Below, piece after piece: positions 12,201-25,229 of a DNA stretch of 64,000 bases. The first letter of the stretch is position 1, and every line of letters begins with the position of its first letter. A model generated the notes under the pieces. That model was given only the letters and a program-made list of their open reading frames with translations, was not told where the DNA came from and did no database searches. The position numbers were made by a program, and so were the translations under genes. This stretch comes from Rhizophagus irregularis (Eukaryota): NCBI RefSeq assembly GCF_026210795.1, contig NC_089429.1, forward strand, positions 1,240,001 to 1,304,000, read 5' to 3'.

Positions 12201-14015
12201 TTAATCTAAATAAACATCTTTAATATAATCATAAATTTGAAGATTTAAAACATCATAATTATAAACCTTAATACCATATAATTTAAAAAGTTTAACCTCA
12301 TCTATTAAAGAAGATAAATCTTTAAAATTTCCATTTAAAAAAGTAATCTTAAAAGCTAAATATCTAATTCTTCTCTTTTCCATAATATATTTTTTAATAT
12401 AAGGTAAAATATCATGACCACCTATTTGTATTTCATTTCTAATAACTAATTTATTAATAAAAGTATTTTGAGAATTTAATAAAAATGATTCAAAATCATT
12501 TAAATTATTAATTATAAAAGATAATTTTAAATATTCTAATCTAAAAGGAAGAATTTGACCCAAATTTTGTAATACAATAGAACTAATAGGATCATAACCA
12601 ATAGTAAGATAATTAAGATTTTGACCAAAATTTCTAATTAAATCTAAAATTAAATAAATATTTTGAAAATTATTATAATCAAAACCAGGTAATTCAAAAA
12701 ATTTAATTTTTGTACAATATTTTATAATTAATTCAATTAAAGATTTTTTTAAAGAATGATTACCAAAACCAATATTTTCTAAATAATCACCAGATTTTTG
12801 AAATAATAATTGAAAACATTTAATTTGTAACATTTCATTAATAAATAAAGATCTTAATTTAATAGGTTTGTTAATATTAACAATATTTTCAATAAAATCA
12901 AAATTTAAAGAATGACAATCAATAATATGAATTGATTCTAAAACATTTAATCTTTCAAAAATTTCTTTAAAGATTAAAATATTTTTAAAATCAATATGAT
13001 AAAAAGTAATAGTATTTAAAGTATTTGAACAATTAATTGATAATCTTAAAGTAGATAATAAAGAATTATATAAAGGTAAAGAATCAAAATCTAATAAAAT
13101 TTTTTTAAGATTTTGTCTTGAATTAATTATATGAGATGATATAGTATCAATTATTGAATCTTCACTCTTTTTAAATTGAAAATTAATATTTGTAATTGAA
13201 ATACAATTTGTATATAAAAATTTTAAAAAGAGGTAAATATTTGTTAATTTAATATTTCTAAATTTAAAAGAAAATTTTAAATTTTTAATATCACGAATAA
13301 AAAAAGGATTTTGTGAAATTATTTCATAAATATCATTAAAATAATTATGATCTTTTAATCTTATTAATATAATTTCAAAAGTATTTAAATTTACATTATT
13401 TTGAATAAAAATTTTAAATAATGATTTATAAATAAAATTTATAATTTCCATTCTTAATTCAATATTATCAATAATTTTTTTTTCATTAATTTTAAAACGT
13501 GAATTAAAACCTGGTAAATTCAAAGTTGATAAAGAAGGTAAAGATTGTGAATTAGAATTTAATGATAAATTCTTAATAGGAGGTAAAATACATTGACCAA
13601 AATTATTTTGTTGTTGTTGAATAATAAAATTCGAATTTTGTTCATTAGAAGTAGAATTTTGACAAGTTAAAATCCACTTATCAATAGAATAACTAATTTT
13701 AGATGTATTTAAACATTTAATAAAACTAGAATAATTAAATAATGTATTTGATTGAAATAAATTATTATTTATTCCATATTCGTTTAATTTTGTTTTATCA
13801 TAATCGTTCAAATTACGTAAACAAATTCCAATAAAATTATAATTTTTTGTAGGAATTGAAAATGGGTCTTCCCATAATAATGGGATTGCAATACGACACC
13901 ATAATCTATTAACTAAAACGCATGAATGTAACATTGAAAAATCATTTTGAAAATAATGTATAATTTCATTTGCTAATTCAGGCAAATCTCCCAATGATAT
14001 TTTTGAATATGCCAT
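12201..14015 (-). CDS. F-box / LRR-like protein with a Q/N/S-rich insertion
   Basis: Intact 604-aa ORF starting 'MAYSKISLGDLPELANEIIHYF...SCVLVNRLWCRIAIPLLWEDPF'. Clearly paralogous to the copies at 47.7-53.7 kb. Convergent with ValRS. Confidence 0.85.
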   Translation of the reverse strand: MAYSKISLGDLPELANEIIHYFQNDFSMLHSCVLVNRLWCRIAIPLLWEDPFSIPTKNYNFIGICLRNLNDYDKTKLNEYGINNNLFQSNTLFNYSSFIKCLNTSKISYSIDKWILTCQNSTSNEQNSNFIIQQQQNNFGQCILPPIKNLSLNSNSQSLPSLSTLNLPGFNSRFKINEKKIIDNIELRMEIINFIYKSLFKIFIQNNVNLNTFEIILIRLKDHNYFNDIYEIISQNPFFIRDIKNLKFSFKFRNIKLTNIYLFLKFLYTNCISITNINFQFKKSEDSIIDTISSHIINSRQNLKKILLDFDSLPLYNSLLSTLRLSINCSNTLNTITFYHIDFKNILIFKEIFERLNVLESIHIIDCHSLNFDFIENIVNINKPIKLRSLFINEMLQIKCFQLLFQKSGDYLENIGFGNHSLKKSLIELIIKYCTKIKFFELPGFDYNNFQNIYLILDLIRNFGQNLNYLTIGYDPISSIVLQNLGQILPFRLEYLKLSFIINNLNDFESFLLNSQNTFINKLVIRNEIQIGGHDILPYIKKYIMEKRRIRYLAFKITFLNGNFKDLSSLIDEVKLFKLYGIKVYNYDVLNLQIYDYIKDVYLD

Positions 14016-14537
14016 AGTTTAAAGGGAAAGAAAAAGATAAAAAAAGGAAATTAAAAAAAAAAGAGGAAAAAAAAGAAGAATAGGGAAAAGATAAGTAAAA
14101 GTAAGTTAGAATTTTAATTTTATTTTTAAATCTGAAGCGGGTAATCTGTTGCACAATTTGTACAATTTACATTTGAAGTCGATCATTTAAAGTCCCATTG
14201 TCGTATAATTTACATATATTTTTTTTTTCTTTTTTTTCTTTTTTTTTTTATCTGTAGGGCTGTATGTAGACGTACGCAAGTGATAAGTCTGTTACGTTAC
14301 TCGGATCTACCTTACACTTCTATTTGGCGTGGATCCGGATGCATCAATCAATAAAAATATTCTTGGTTATAAATAATTATATCAAAAATATGTATTATTA
14401 TATAATATAATATCAAAGGGGTAAGGTTACGAATTAAAGTTAATATTTTATGCATGTCTTTATATTTATTTATTACACCAAATCGCATATGAGGAAAAAA
14501 TGACATAAAATCTGAAACAAATAAAGTATTTTTAATC

Positions 14538-14660
14538 CCTATAAAATAAAAAATAGAATTGATGTACGGAAAACATTACCAAATTTGTCTTTATGAGTCC
14601 GGATAATATCCAGAAATGTCAAAAAAAGGGACCGACTTATCTGGACCGTTTCTGCATATC
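14538..14660. repeat. Degenerate one-ended relative of the CCCTATAAAA foldback MITE family
   Basis: CCCTATAAAATAAAAAATAGAATTGATGTACGGAAAAC... resembles the left arm of 6467-6760. Confidence 0.45.
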
Positions 14661-15825
14661 AAATGTTTACATTTCATTGTATTAATCAGATTCGTCAAGA
14701 AATTCAATAATAAATGAATTTATGATACATGTGGAAAAAATGAATGAAATCATGAAATTTATAAAATTTATAATATTGCGTGATTGTATGAAACTTTTAC
14801 GATCGAAAAGTTTCATAATTTAAATAAATAATTCTTAACTATTAATACAAAAAAAAAAATAAAAAAAAATGTAATCTTTATAAATTTTTTAAAAAATACA
14901 TAACACCTAATTCTTTTAAGAAATTTCATATCGTTTAATAAATTATTTTATATGTTTTACATGTTCAAATTTTTTAGATTTATATAAACTATAAAACTAA
15001 GTGTATCAGAACTCTCTTTTTCCATTCAATTTCTCAAATCGCGTTACTATATATAAATCATAATATATATATATATATATAAAACATTTTAATTATTTTA
15101 TGTTATATTTATTTCTTTATGTTTGTTACATAATTTTACTGAACACCCCCTAAAAATCAACATTTCATACATTGTCATACATGTGGACCTTGTACAATCT
15201 TTTATATAACACAATATAATATGTATGACAATGTATGAAATTAAAATTCGATTCTTTATAATGGTTTTATAACATGCAATTAAACGCTTGTTAAAACCAT
15301 AATATACCATATTAATCTCTTTCAACGTTATTGCAATTATTTTATTACGTCATTAGAAGTATAATTTTCGCGTCATAATTTTGCTTATGCAGCGTTACAC
15401 TAGGTAATAAATTAGATTAGTCAACATATTTTACTTAGTACCATCGAAAAAAAAAATTATTTTGACAAATATAATCAAAATATACATAATTGTTTTTCTA
15501 AATTATCGTTAAGATCCTTATATTGAATCATATCATGATTATCTGAAAATCTGGACTTGCGTTTTTTGACTTAATTAAAAATTCTGGAAAAAAACTTAAC
15601 CGTATTATTTTTGTCAGATGATTAAATTTAACCTATTACATACAATACTTTAAATCTCGGCGGGAAAATCATGGATTCAAGCGAAATGACGCAGGGGAAA
15701 TCCATCTTGATTGTCGTTATATAAAATTCCGAAAAGAATAAATTATACGTGGCCAAATCCTTACCAATCATCTTCTATCATTTGTTAATAATTGTGCAAT
15801 AATGATATTATTGTGTGACATTAGT

Positions 15826-15993
15826 CCTGTTCAAATTCCGGCCGGTTGCATATTTCGGTAAAACTAAACTAATCTATTGGTGAAACATGTTTCAACCGAA
15901 AAAACAAAGTCAAAAGGTCGTGTGTGTTACGCAAAAATTCAGGAAAATCAAAACAAGGACTGAAAAGTGCAACCGACCCGGAATTTGAACATG
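15826..15993. mobile_element. Short MITE-like element with ~30-bp imperfect TIRs
   Basis: CCTGTTCAAATTCCGGCCGGTTGCA versus TGCAACCGACCCGGAATTTGAACATG. No clear TSD. Confidence 0.7.
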
Positions 15994-16145
15994 TTATAAT
16001 TAAGCTCTCATAAATTAAGGTTTCTTTATTATATCGTACGAAAATTCTTTTTTATTGTTAATTATCCTAAGTTTGACTTGATCCAATACAAATAGATTTT
16101 TTTTTCATATATTTGATATATTTCGTCTAAAATAATGTGTACTGG

Positions 16146-16386
16146 CAAGACCCCGAGCAATATATAAATAAGTCATAAAAAATTAGCAAAAATTTACTAT
16201 ATATTAGCTCTACGCATTTTTTCAGGGCCGGAATTATTATAATGTCGGTCAGATATTAAAATAAGTAATAAAATTCTGACCAACATTATCGAAAATTATC
16301 TAAAAAAGGAAAGATTTTCATGGTTATTTTGGCCTATTCTACGCGTTTATTTCTTGTTACCTATTTCAGTATTGCTCGGGGTCCTG
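16146..16386 (+). mobile_element. MITE with 6-bp TSD (TACTGG), copy 1
   Basis: TIRs CAAGACCCCGAGCAATA / TATTGCTCGGGGTCCTG. TACTGG at 16140-16145 and 16387-16392. Internal sequence matches 24642-24854 in reverse orientation. Confidence 0.8.
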
Positions 16387-16948
16387 TACTGGAGCATTAT
16401 CAATTAAAAAGGATAATTCTTCGATTTTTTTGTTTCAATAATTAAGTACTTAATTCTACTTGCTAATTATTTTAATTATTTACGAAACCGATTTCAATGA
16501 TTTTGTTATTATATATTATTGGATGATTAAACTATAATAGTCTAATAGCACGTATAATATTATCGGTTTGACGGGACCGTTATTGCAATTTTTATAACTA
16601 AACTCCCGTTACTATCCAATAATTTTATTATTGTGCTAATACATAGTAATATGAGATAACCGTGAACTTATGAGTATTTATTTTTTGATAACGTATGTAT
16701 GACTTAAAGTTATAAACATCTTACATTGACTTACAATATATATACCGCATCTGCACTTTCGAAAAACTCAGTTTTTCTTTTTTCAATTTCAAAAAAAACA
16801 TTCAACTTTTTCTTTTTTCAACGTCGGATCTTATCATTTTTTTCATCAAATTCACAATTTTCAACATCTGATCTTAACAAAATTAACGTCGGTTCTTTAA
16901 AAAAAATATACAGACAGTGTTTCTCACAATTTAATACTAATTATCATG

Positions 16949-17240
16949 ATGAATTGTCTCAATTTAGGAGAGAACGCTGAAAGGCTTTTCCGATACAAAT
17001 TACTACTAACAATACAGTTTATGATCCACTCGAAAAACTCACAAAGCTATAGATATTGACGCAAAAAATTTAATTCTATGGAAAGTTGAAATCCTTGACG
17101 AAGTAAATGAAAAGACACACTTGTTAACAAAGCATCCTTTTTAAATTGATATCGAAAAAAATCTTGAAGGCATAAAATTGTAAAACTTACTAAATACTTT
17201 CTCGGATTCATCATAATCGTACGACTGTTACCTACCACTG
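16949..17240 (+). pseudogene. Crinkler (CRN)-family effector N-terminal exon, pseudogenised
   Basis: 'MNCLNLGENAEKAFPIQI' then, after a frameshift, 'IDAKNLILWKVEI', then 'IIVRLLPTT' and a G|GTAAG donor at 17241. The LWKV and HIIV-like motifs match the Glomeromycotina CRN ubiquitin-like header. Contains in-frame stops. Confidence 0.75.
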
Positions 17241-18167
17241 GTAAGGGTTTCAGTGTAAAATATCGATTTTGTCTGATATCACTTTCTTTTTCCACGCTAA
17301 AATAGGTCCTTCGCAAAGCGTTGCACATGATACAGAGAAATTTTACTAAAAGAGATCTTAAAGGATGCGAAATTTGAAGTACTGAAAAAGGACAACTGGG
17401 CTACCTATTCCACTAAAAGAACGGAACACTGAACGTGTTTTACATATAATCGCTAATAATGCTACAAGTCCCTTTACTCCTTGGCCTTCAAAACTGGTTT
17501 AAATTTTCTTGTCGCACCGGAATAGGTGAAATACAAATTGTTAGTTAGTAATTCCCATGCATTAGGTAAAACCCGTTGAGGATTGAATTGTTCGAATCTC
17601 TTAAATGTAACTGGACTATCCCGTTTCAGTGGACTAATTCACATTTTCTTTACTTTCTTCTTGATTTTGTCAATGGCGTCCATCTGAGTGAATTCGAATT
17701 TATCTGCGTCAATCATCATTTGTTTCCGCATTACATATAAATTCTTTGCGCAAATAAACTGTCACTTGTTTCCTTTAAATATACTGCGCTTGTTTTCGTC
17801 TCGTACAATTTCCACTTCGGTTTTCGATATTTGAAGTTAATTGACTCCGCATTGGTCGTTCGGTTTTACATAAATAAATAGAATAAAAAAATGTTTTTGA
17901 AGTCACGATCTATAAAATTTTTTTTTTATTAAAGCACGTTAACATTAAAGCTTGATTATCAATAAAATTTTTGCACTGCGATAACAGATAATATGACTTT
18001 CTCAACTATTATGCTGTTTGTAGGATATTTCAAAATATCAGTTATAAATCATTGTTATTTGCTTCTTCCTGTTTGAGTTAAAAAGGACTAATTTTTTATA
18101 TTATTGCATTGAAATAGGATGATATTTAATAGCTCTTTAGGAAAAAGATTTTAACACGTAAGCATTA

Positions 18168-18275
18168 TCCTATAAAAATTTTTCAGAAAAATGATCACGT
18201 GTCTGAGTTTCTTCGGAATTAAAACTAGAAAAATGATCACTTATCGGAGTTTTCCCCAGAATTTTTTTTACAGGG
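18168..18275. mobile_element. Short MITE of the CCCT(A/G)TAAAAA family with 3-bp TSD (TTA)
   Basis: TTA|TCCTATAAAAATTTTTCAG ... AATTTTTTTTACAGGG|TTA. Confidence 0.6.
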
Positions 18276-20358
18276 TTATATGAAGATAATATAAATTTAA
18301 TTTAAATGGATTGGTTTAAAACTTTTTCTTAATTAAAAAACAAGAAAGTCCGTCGCGACTGTCTTGTAGTTGTCTTAACACAATTTATAAGTTCCACAAG
18401 CGATTTAGAAACCAACAAGTTTGTTCTTACTTCGCTTTTGTTTAAAATATAACAACAATATCAATGTTATAAGTGTTATCATGAATTCTAAAGTGTAATT
18501 TTGGATTCTTTATATTTTACTTGGTGATTTCTTATTAGATCAGTTGGGCTATAATATGAATGGAGTACATCCCTTTACTTGGTATTAATAGAAAAGTTAA
18601 ATATTAGAAAACAAATTCAGACAAATTATTATATTTGATTCCACAGCTGGTAATGATTTTGCTTTTTAGATAGAAATTGTTTAATCTTGTCTATTTAAAG
18701 ACATTATATTTCCTCTTATAAAATAATAGAGACAGTTCAAAGAGTTGGTGAGAATGTAATATATTCAAATACATCATACGGTTTTAGAATTGTTTATGGT
18801 CCAGCTTTAAATGTATGCAATAGTACTAATGGCCAACAAAAGTAATTATTATATTTAATTTTCTCATATTAAACTTAAAAATCTTTATTATATGATCGAA
18901 TTGTTTCAATCTACCGCAAAACACGTTAAAAGCCATTTGAATTCTAATTTGCCCCTATGTCGAAAACTTGTTGCTTCACAAAATCCCGAAATTATTCCGA
19001 ATAATGCGGAAATGAACTATTTATTTCGACTTTTTATTATCCTGATTAAATTCCAAGCAAAGTCGCGCGCTTATTAACTGGTTAAATCAAAAAGCACACA
19101 ATTCGAAAATACTGTACTTCAAAGTAAGATATTTCTCATTATTGTTTATTTTATGGTATCATCATTATAAATTTTTTATTTATACTCAACGCCTTAGGTC
19201 AATTAAAGTTTATATGCAAATTCACAACGAACATCTATAGATGACTATCTTGCGTTTTTCGTTTGTAAGGATAAACAACAGGCTTATCAAATTAATCCTT
19301 TAATGAAATTAGCAATACGCAAAGTAATCTTTGCGGCTCAAAGAAGCAGACACCATCCGTAATGTGTTTAGCATCTATTAAAATGAAGTTAGTACATTAT
19401 ACATTTATTTCAATTAATCCTTTAATAAAATTAGGCACTCTAAGTTAGAGGTTGATCCGTTGTTTAATTTTGAAGATCGTTCAGATTTATAGTCCTAGTG
19501 ACCCACAGATTAAATGGTTTAGTAGGTAGTCATTGTGCTAATGATCATATATGATGACAAAGTTTTAAAATTTTAATTTCGTAATGTTGTAGTAATTGAT
19601 TTAGAATTTAATATTTGACGGATATCCGGATAACGGATATCCAAAGTGTAATTTGTGTATAGCGAATCTATTGCTATATATAAAATCGAAATAAATTTTA
19701 TGGCTAAAACATCAATTCCGCAAAGAACATTTAAAACACTTATTTGTAACTTTAAATTATAATTTCACTGAAAATTCAAACGGATAACGGATCCAGTCGC
19801 TACTTTAAGTTCACTTACCGTAATAAGATATATTCTAATGAAAACAAATCAATTGATGACAATATCCTAGAATATTGATAATATTGATTCTGAACCAGGA
19901 GGTAAACATGATTTTTTGATATTCGAAAGTTTTCATAATAGCCATTAATGTTTTTAATGTTATTAAATCGTTTATTCTCTAGTTTCGATCAAAAAGGATA
20001 GTTCAACGGTAATATAAATATACGCACACATATATCAGATATCTTATACGCAATCTAGTTTGCGAAAAGATAAATCGGAATATCAAATTATAACTTTCCT
20101 GAAAATACAGTATCTTTCCATATAAATTCAACAAATATTGAACAGCATGAAGAGTCACATGTAAGATCAACTCTTAATCTTAGTTATAAACTCAAAAGAC
20201 ACCTAAGTCTCGTAAACCAAGTGGAAATAGTAAAAGATAAATCAATGAAGAAGGACAACAAACAAGCGGATCAAATGAGTTATATAATACTTTGAAATTA
20301 TAACATTATTACTGCAGAACCATTATTGGAATTTAACAGCTTAAATATAGAAAGTTTG

Positions 20359-20508
20359 GCCTATAAAAAATTTTATCCGTTATTTCTGTAAAAACTCCGT
20401 AAAAACGAGTCTTTCACGGATCCATTCACGGAAAATGTAAATAATTTGATAAATTCCGCCTTTTACGGAAAAAACGGAGTATAAAAACGGATCGACTTTT
20501 TTACAGGG
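20359..20508. mobile_element. MITE-like element of the CCCT(A/G)TAAAAA family
   Basis: GCCTATAAAAAATTTTATCCGTT ... AACGGATCGACTTTTTTACAGGG, with internal TCCGT/ACGGA inverted motifs. TSD not preserved. Confidence 0.6.
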
Positions 20509-21839
20509 ATTGGAAGGACTTAATAATGAACCTTCACAAAAAGATTATTTCTCCCACGAACTTTTTTTTTTATTATTTAATAGATTTTTAAAAAGTAAAA
20601 AGGAAGTTTAATATTTTTTAAAGAACCTAAGTGTGAAAAATTGTTATTTATTTTATTTACAATGAACGCGTTTTTTAATAAATTTTATAATATTATTATA
20701 TTAATTTTAACACTTTAGTAAGTAAACAAGACTTGGGTGACTAATAAAAATCATTTAACAAGTATGAAAACGCACACATGTTAATTTTTGTAAATATTAT
20801 TAAAATATTTGCGAAAAAGAGATGTTTTTGTTTCAAGAAAAGCTTAATTAACATTAAAACTGAAATTAAAAATTTTTAATATAAATTTTCAAATTTTGAA
20901 AATTTAAACAGTACATTATCAAATTGACAACAAACTATCTCAACAGCAGAAGTATATATCATTGCTACCTTTATTCAGTATCAAGAGAAATAGATACAAT
21001 AGCAATAGATAAAGCAGATGAAGTACATACAGAAGCAAATACTAAAAGGAATCAAGCTGTTAGGCCAGTAATCATTGAATATTCTCAATGGCAAGAAAAA
21101 TTGTTAGTCAAAGATGCTAAAAATAATGAATTGGGATTGAGATTCACGGTAACAAATACATTGAAAATTCGAGATGAACTTATTGATCGTGAATAGTATT
21201 TATAAAAAGTCTAAAAAGTAATTTTTACAAGATAGATATTTAATGTAATAAATCAAAAAAAAAATTGCTGTTTTGTTATTTACTTTGAATTCTTTTATAT
21301 TAAAAATTTTATTATAAAATTTCGACTTTACCAGAAATCTGTGTCCAAAGTCATATGTAACCCTGCACCATTTTTTCCGGTGATGTTAGGATTGTTTTGA
21401 TGTACACGAAACAATAATGAGCCGGAAAACAATTTTCTTATTATTCTATCATGTGTAAAATTTATTTGGTTATAACTTATAACATATTTTCATGCTTTGG
21501 CTATAATTGGCAAAATTTAAATAAATAAAACATTTTTCCAGGTTTAGGCTTTGCCGCTATACTATTCCAACGTTTTTTTTTTAGAGAAAAGATTATTTTT
21601 TTAGACGCACTCTTGGCTTGTATATGTCAGTAATAATTCTGGCCTGCATTATAAATCTGGTCTTAGTGTCACATAAATGTGTTCTTAATTCGGCCAAATC
21701 AATAAATTCTGGTCCGCACTAAGCATTTTGTCCCGGATAGCGGGATAATTTTTTCCGAAATTCGGATGATTTATCCGAATGCACTACAATAAGCCAAGAA
21801 GGATTGGTTTAATGTCACAAGCTATTATTCCGGAGAATT

Positions 21840-21999
21840 TTCTACATAGAAACATTATCTACATAAAATTTCCATAGAATTCTTGTTATTCTTTCATAAA
21901 CTATAAATAGCCTAATATACCACAATATTTTCTATATAAAACATCTTCTACATGGAATTTCCATAGAATTCTCGTTATTCTTTCATAAACTATAAATAG
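21840..21999 (+). promoter_or_regulatory. Tandem ~89-bp duplication, each copy ending in a TATA-like box, just upstream of the kinase
   Basis: TTTCCATAGAATTCT(T/C)GTTATTCTTTCATAAACTATAAATAG occurs twice, with TATAAATA at 21902 and 21991. The kinase ATG is at 22055. Confidence 0.6.
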
Positions 22000-22054
22000 T
22001 GTCATATAATGCCATGTTCAAAATTTTTTTTTTTTTTTTTTGAAATACAACAAT

Positions 22055-24578
22055 ATGAATACGCCAAAATTAAAAACTAGCTCTATACCTATACTATTTA
22101 TTCCTTTTAACAGCAATGAGAAAAAATGCAATATTTGTGGGAATAGATACTCCAAAACACTTAAATTCGAACAAAAATATTGCAAAAATTGTTTATTTCA
22201 GTATCTTAAATATTCGACAGGAAATAATACATTCTTGGATGCACACATAACTACAAATAATATTCAATGTATTAAATTTAAAAAAAATGGGAATAATTTT
22301 CACACAATGAACATTCAAGAATGGTGTGAGCATTGTTCTGAAGTCTCATACTTTAGACAAGTGATCCCAAATATTTTAACTTTTAATAGATACAATTTAC
22401 CAAAAAATTGTATTCATAATAATTATAGTACAAAAGATTGTGGATTATGTAAAAACATGCTACAGTCATTTGAATACGGACCAGGTTGTTATCAAATTTT
22501 TTCTGGATGGATAAAATCAACTTTGACTAAAAAGTTCATTCCAATTCTATATTTACCATGGTGGGATAATTGTGATCGATGTTTAGTTTGTCCATGGAAA
22601 CTAAAATATATACACCAGAAATCAGAAATAAGTATACAATCTGACCGTCAAAAATGGTGTTCACATTGCTTTATAATTTATACTGGATGTAGTCATTGTC
22701 TAACAACAAATATTATTTTTGGAATCACGGATCAATCTCAATGTAAAAAATGTACAAGGATATCAGTTATTAATATTGATTTCAAAAATATTATCAGTGG
22801 TAATTGTATTATAGATAAATTTCTTGCTTCTACAAGAATTGACAACAAATATCATTATCAGATTGCTAATTATATGAATAATGTTACGAATTCAAATCCA
22901 TTAAATGTATATAAGTTCATAGGGAATTTGCATTTAGAAAAACAAGTAATAGAATGGATTCCATATTGCCGAATTAAAAATTTAAGGAAATTAGCAGAAG
23001 GAGGATTTAGTATTGTTTATCAAGCAACTTTGTCAGGCGGTGTATACATGCATCGTACGAATGTTATGGATATTGCTGTAAAAAAATTAAATAATTCGCA
23101 AAATTCCAGTGAAGGTTTTTTAAATGAGGTAATATTTTACATTTTATATTTTTGCAATGTGTTTTTAAATACTTATTAATGTATTTATAATTTAGTTAAA
23201 ATCCCTTTGTCAACTTAATGATTGGTCTTTTGTGATTAAGTGTTACGGTATTACACAAGATCCTGTAACAAAAGAGTATATGTTGATAATGAATTATGCT
23301 AAAGGTGGAAATTTACATAATTATTTGCAAAATAATTTTATAAATATTACATGGAATGAAAAGCTACATATTTTATGGAGGATTTCAGCTGGGTATTGAT
23401 ACTTTAATAATGTATAAATTTATTATACATATTTAAGAACTAATAAAAATTTCCATTTCCATTTAGACTCAATATTATTCATTACAATAATCTTATACAT
23501 CGAGATATTCATAGCGGAAATATATTGTCGTTATACGACCCATCTTTTCAACATTGGCTAATCGGAGACTTGGGATTATCACAACCTGCAAACAACACTT
23601 TGCCAAATGATGAAATATATGGAGTAATACCCTATATCGCACCAGAAATACTTACTAAGAGTTGTGTATTTTCAAAAGAATCCGATATCTATAGTTTTGG
23701 TATGATAATATGGGAACTCACAACAGGTTGTAAACCTTTTGCTAACGTTGAACATGATATTAATCTTATTTATGAAATTATTGATGGGAAACGACCTGAA
23801 ATTACAAATGATACTCCCGAATGTTTGGCTAATTTAATGGAAAAATGCTGGGATGCCGATCCTTCAAAAAGACCAACCAGTGGGGAAATTTTGAATTCTG
23901 TTGAAGAGTGGTATTATCTTAATGAATGGAATAAAGGGTATTATGTAAATGGTATTTTTAAATCTGAAAATAAAATTATGAAAGTTATAGTATTTAAGCA
24001 AGCAGAAGAAAAAAGATTAGAATTAATACAGCTAAAGAAACTTGGTCCTGAATTTAGTGAAAAGTCTCCAAAAGCAATTTATACAGGAAGTTCTTTGAAT
24101 TCTAAACAGACTACAAATTCATCTCCAACGATTTCATCAAGTATTAAGCATGGTATATTATTAAATCACCATTATTACATGACATGTACATTAACTCCGA
24201 TACTTATCTTTTGTTGATTATTTTAGAATATATTACTAAAGAATTTGAACTTGATATTAATATAAATAATATTCACCAAAGGTAATTAATATACCGAAAA
24301 AAAATTAGTAATAATATAATGAAATATAATAATATACTCTTTTTTTTAGCTCATTCACACAAAGCCGTTCGAAAAATTTCTCATCATCATTAAGTCAATT
24401 AACATCAACTGTAATTGCAAATTCTTTAAGAAAGCGTAATATTGAAGAATTAAAGGTTGACCCTCAAAAAAATAGTAAGTAAAATTTTTTGTTTAAATAT
24501 ATAATAATATTTATTATATCCATTTTAAATTCATTTTTTTTAAATCATATAGGAAAAAATATTAAAACTAACAGTTGA
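22055..24578 (+). CDS. TKL-like protein kinase with a Cys-rich (CxxC) N-terminal region; multi-exon
   Basis: Motifs LAEGGFSIVY, IAVKKL, HRDIHSGNIL, IGDLGLS, PYIAPE, SDIYSFG, CWDADPSKRP across exons ~22055-23128, 23196-23392, 23467-24151, plus short 3' exons ending at TGA 24576-24578. The 3' exon boundaries are less certain. Confidence 0.88.
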
Positions 24579-24641
24579 GATAGAGAAACATATTTCAATA
24601 TAACTAAGTTTATTAATGTTCTTTAATATTACAGACTATAA

Positions 24642-24854
24642 TAGGACGCAGAATTATATATAAAAGGGTCAGGTTTAAGTTTGCGTATTTTGAACTAAAA
24701 AAAATCATTAATTTTTTATAATGCCAGTCAGAATTTTATTTCCTATTATAGTAACCGACTGACGTTATCATAATTCCGGTCCTGAAAAAATGCTTATAAC
24801 TCATAGTAAAAAAATTTTTTCATCACCTAACTATATATATATTTCTGGGTCATA
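24642..24854 (-). mobile_element. MITE with 6-bp TSD (CTATAA), copy 2
   Basis: Ends TAGGACGCAGAATTATATA / TATATATTTCTGGGTCATA. CTATAA at 24636-24641 and 24855-24860. The reverse complement of 24720-24815 aligns with 16190-16290. Confidence 0.7.
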
Positions 24855-25229
24855 CTATAATCTTTTTATATAGAACACGGTTAAAGAATGTATACATCAT
24901 AGCATATTCATTCAGTTTTATTCTATCATTATTATTTTTACACATTTTTTTTCGTAGATATTTTCAAATAATTCATTTGTTGTTATGAATGCAATGAAAA
25001 AAATAATTTCATTTGTTAATTCATGCAAATCTTTCAAATAAATAAAAAAGAGGAAATGAGTGATTAGAATCAATTTATTTTAAATCCTAACAACTTTCGC
25101 AATTCACGTCTGAAGGCGATCATCCAAGTCAATTATCATATGATTTTGTCCGACATCGGTACTATACACGGGTATCAATCAGTAAAAAATATTATTGATT
25201 ATAAAGTATTATTTTAAATATATATATAT

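Noticed and set aside
18340..19550. Coding-like decayed sequence with intron-like gaps
   Set aside because: Many stops and frameshifts; I cannot assign a family from the sequence alone.
20924..21196. 90-aa ORF
   Set aside because: Non-ATG start, no recognisable domain, no supporting gene structure.
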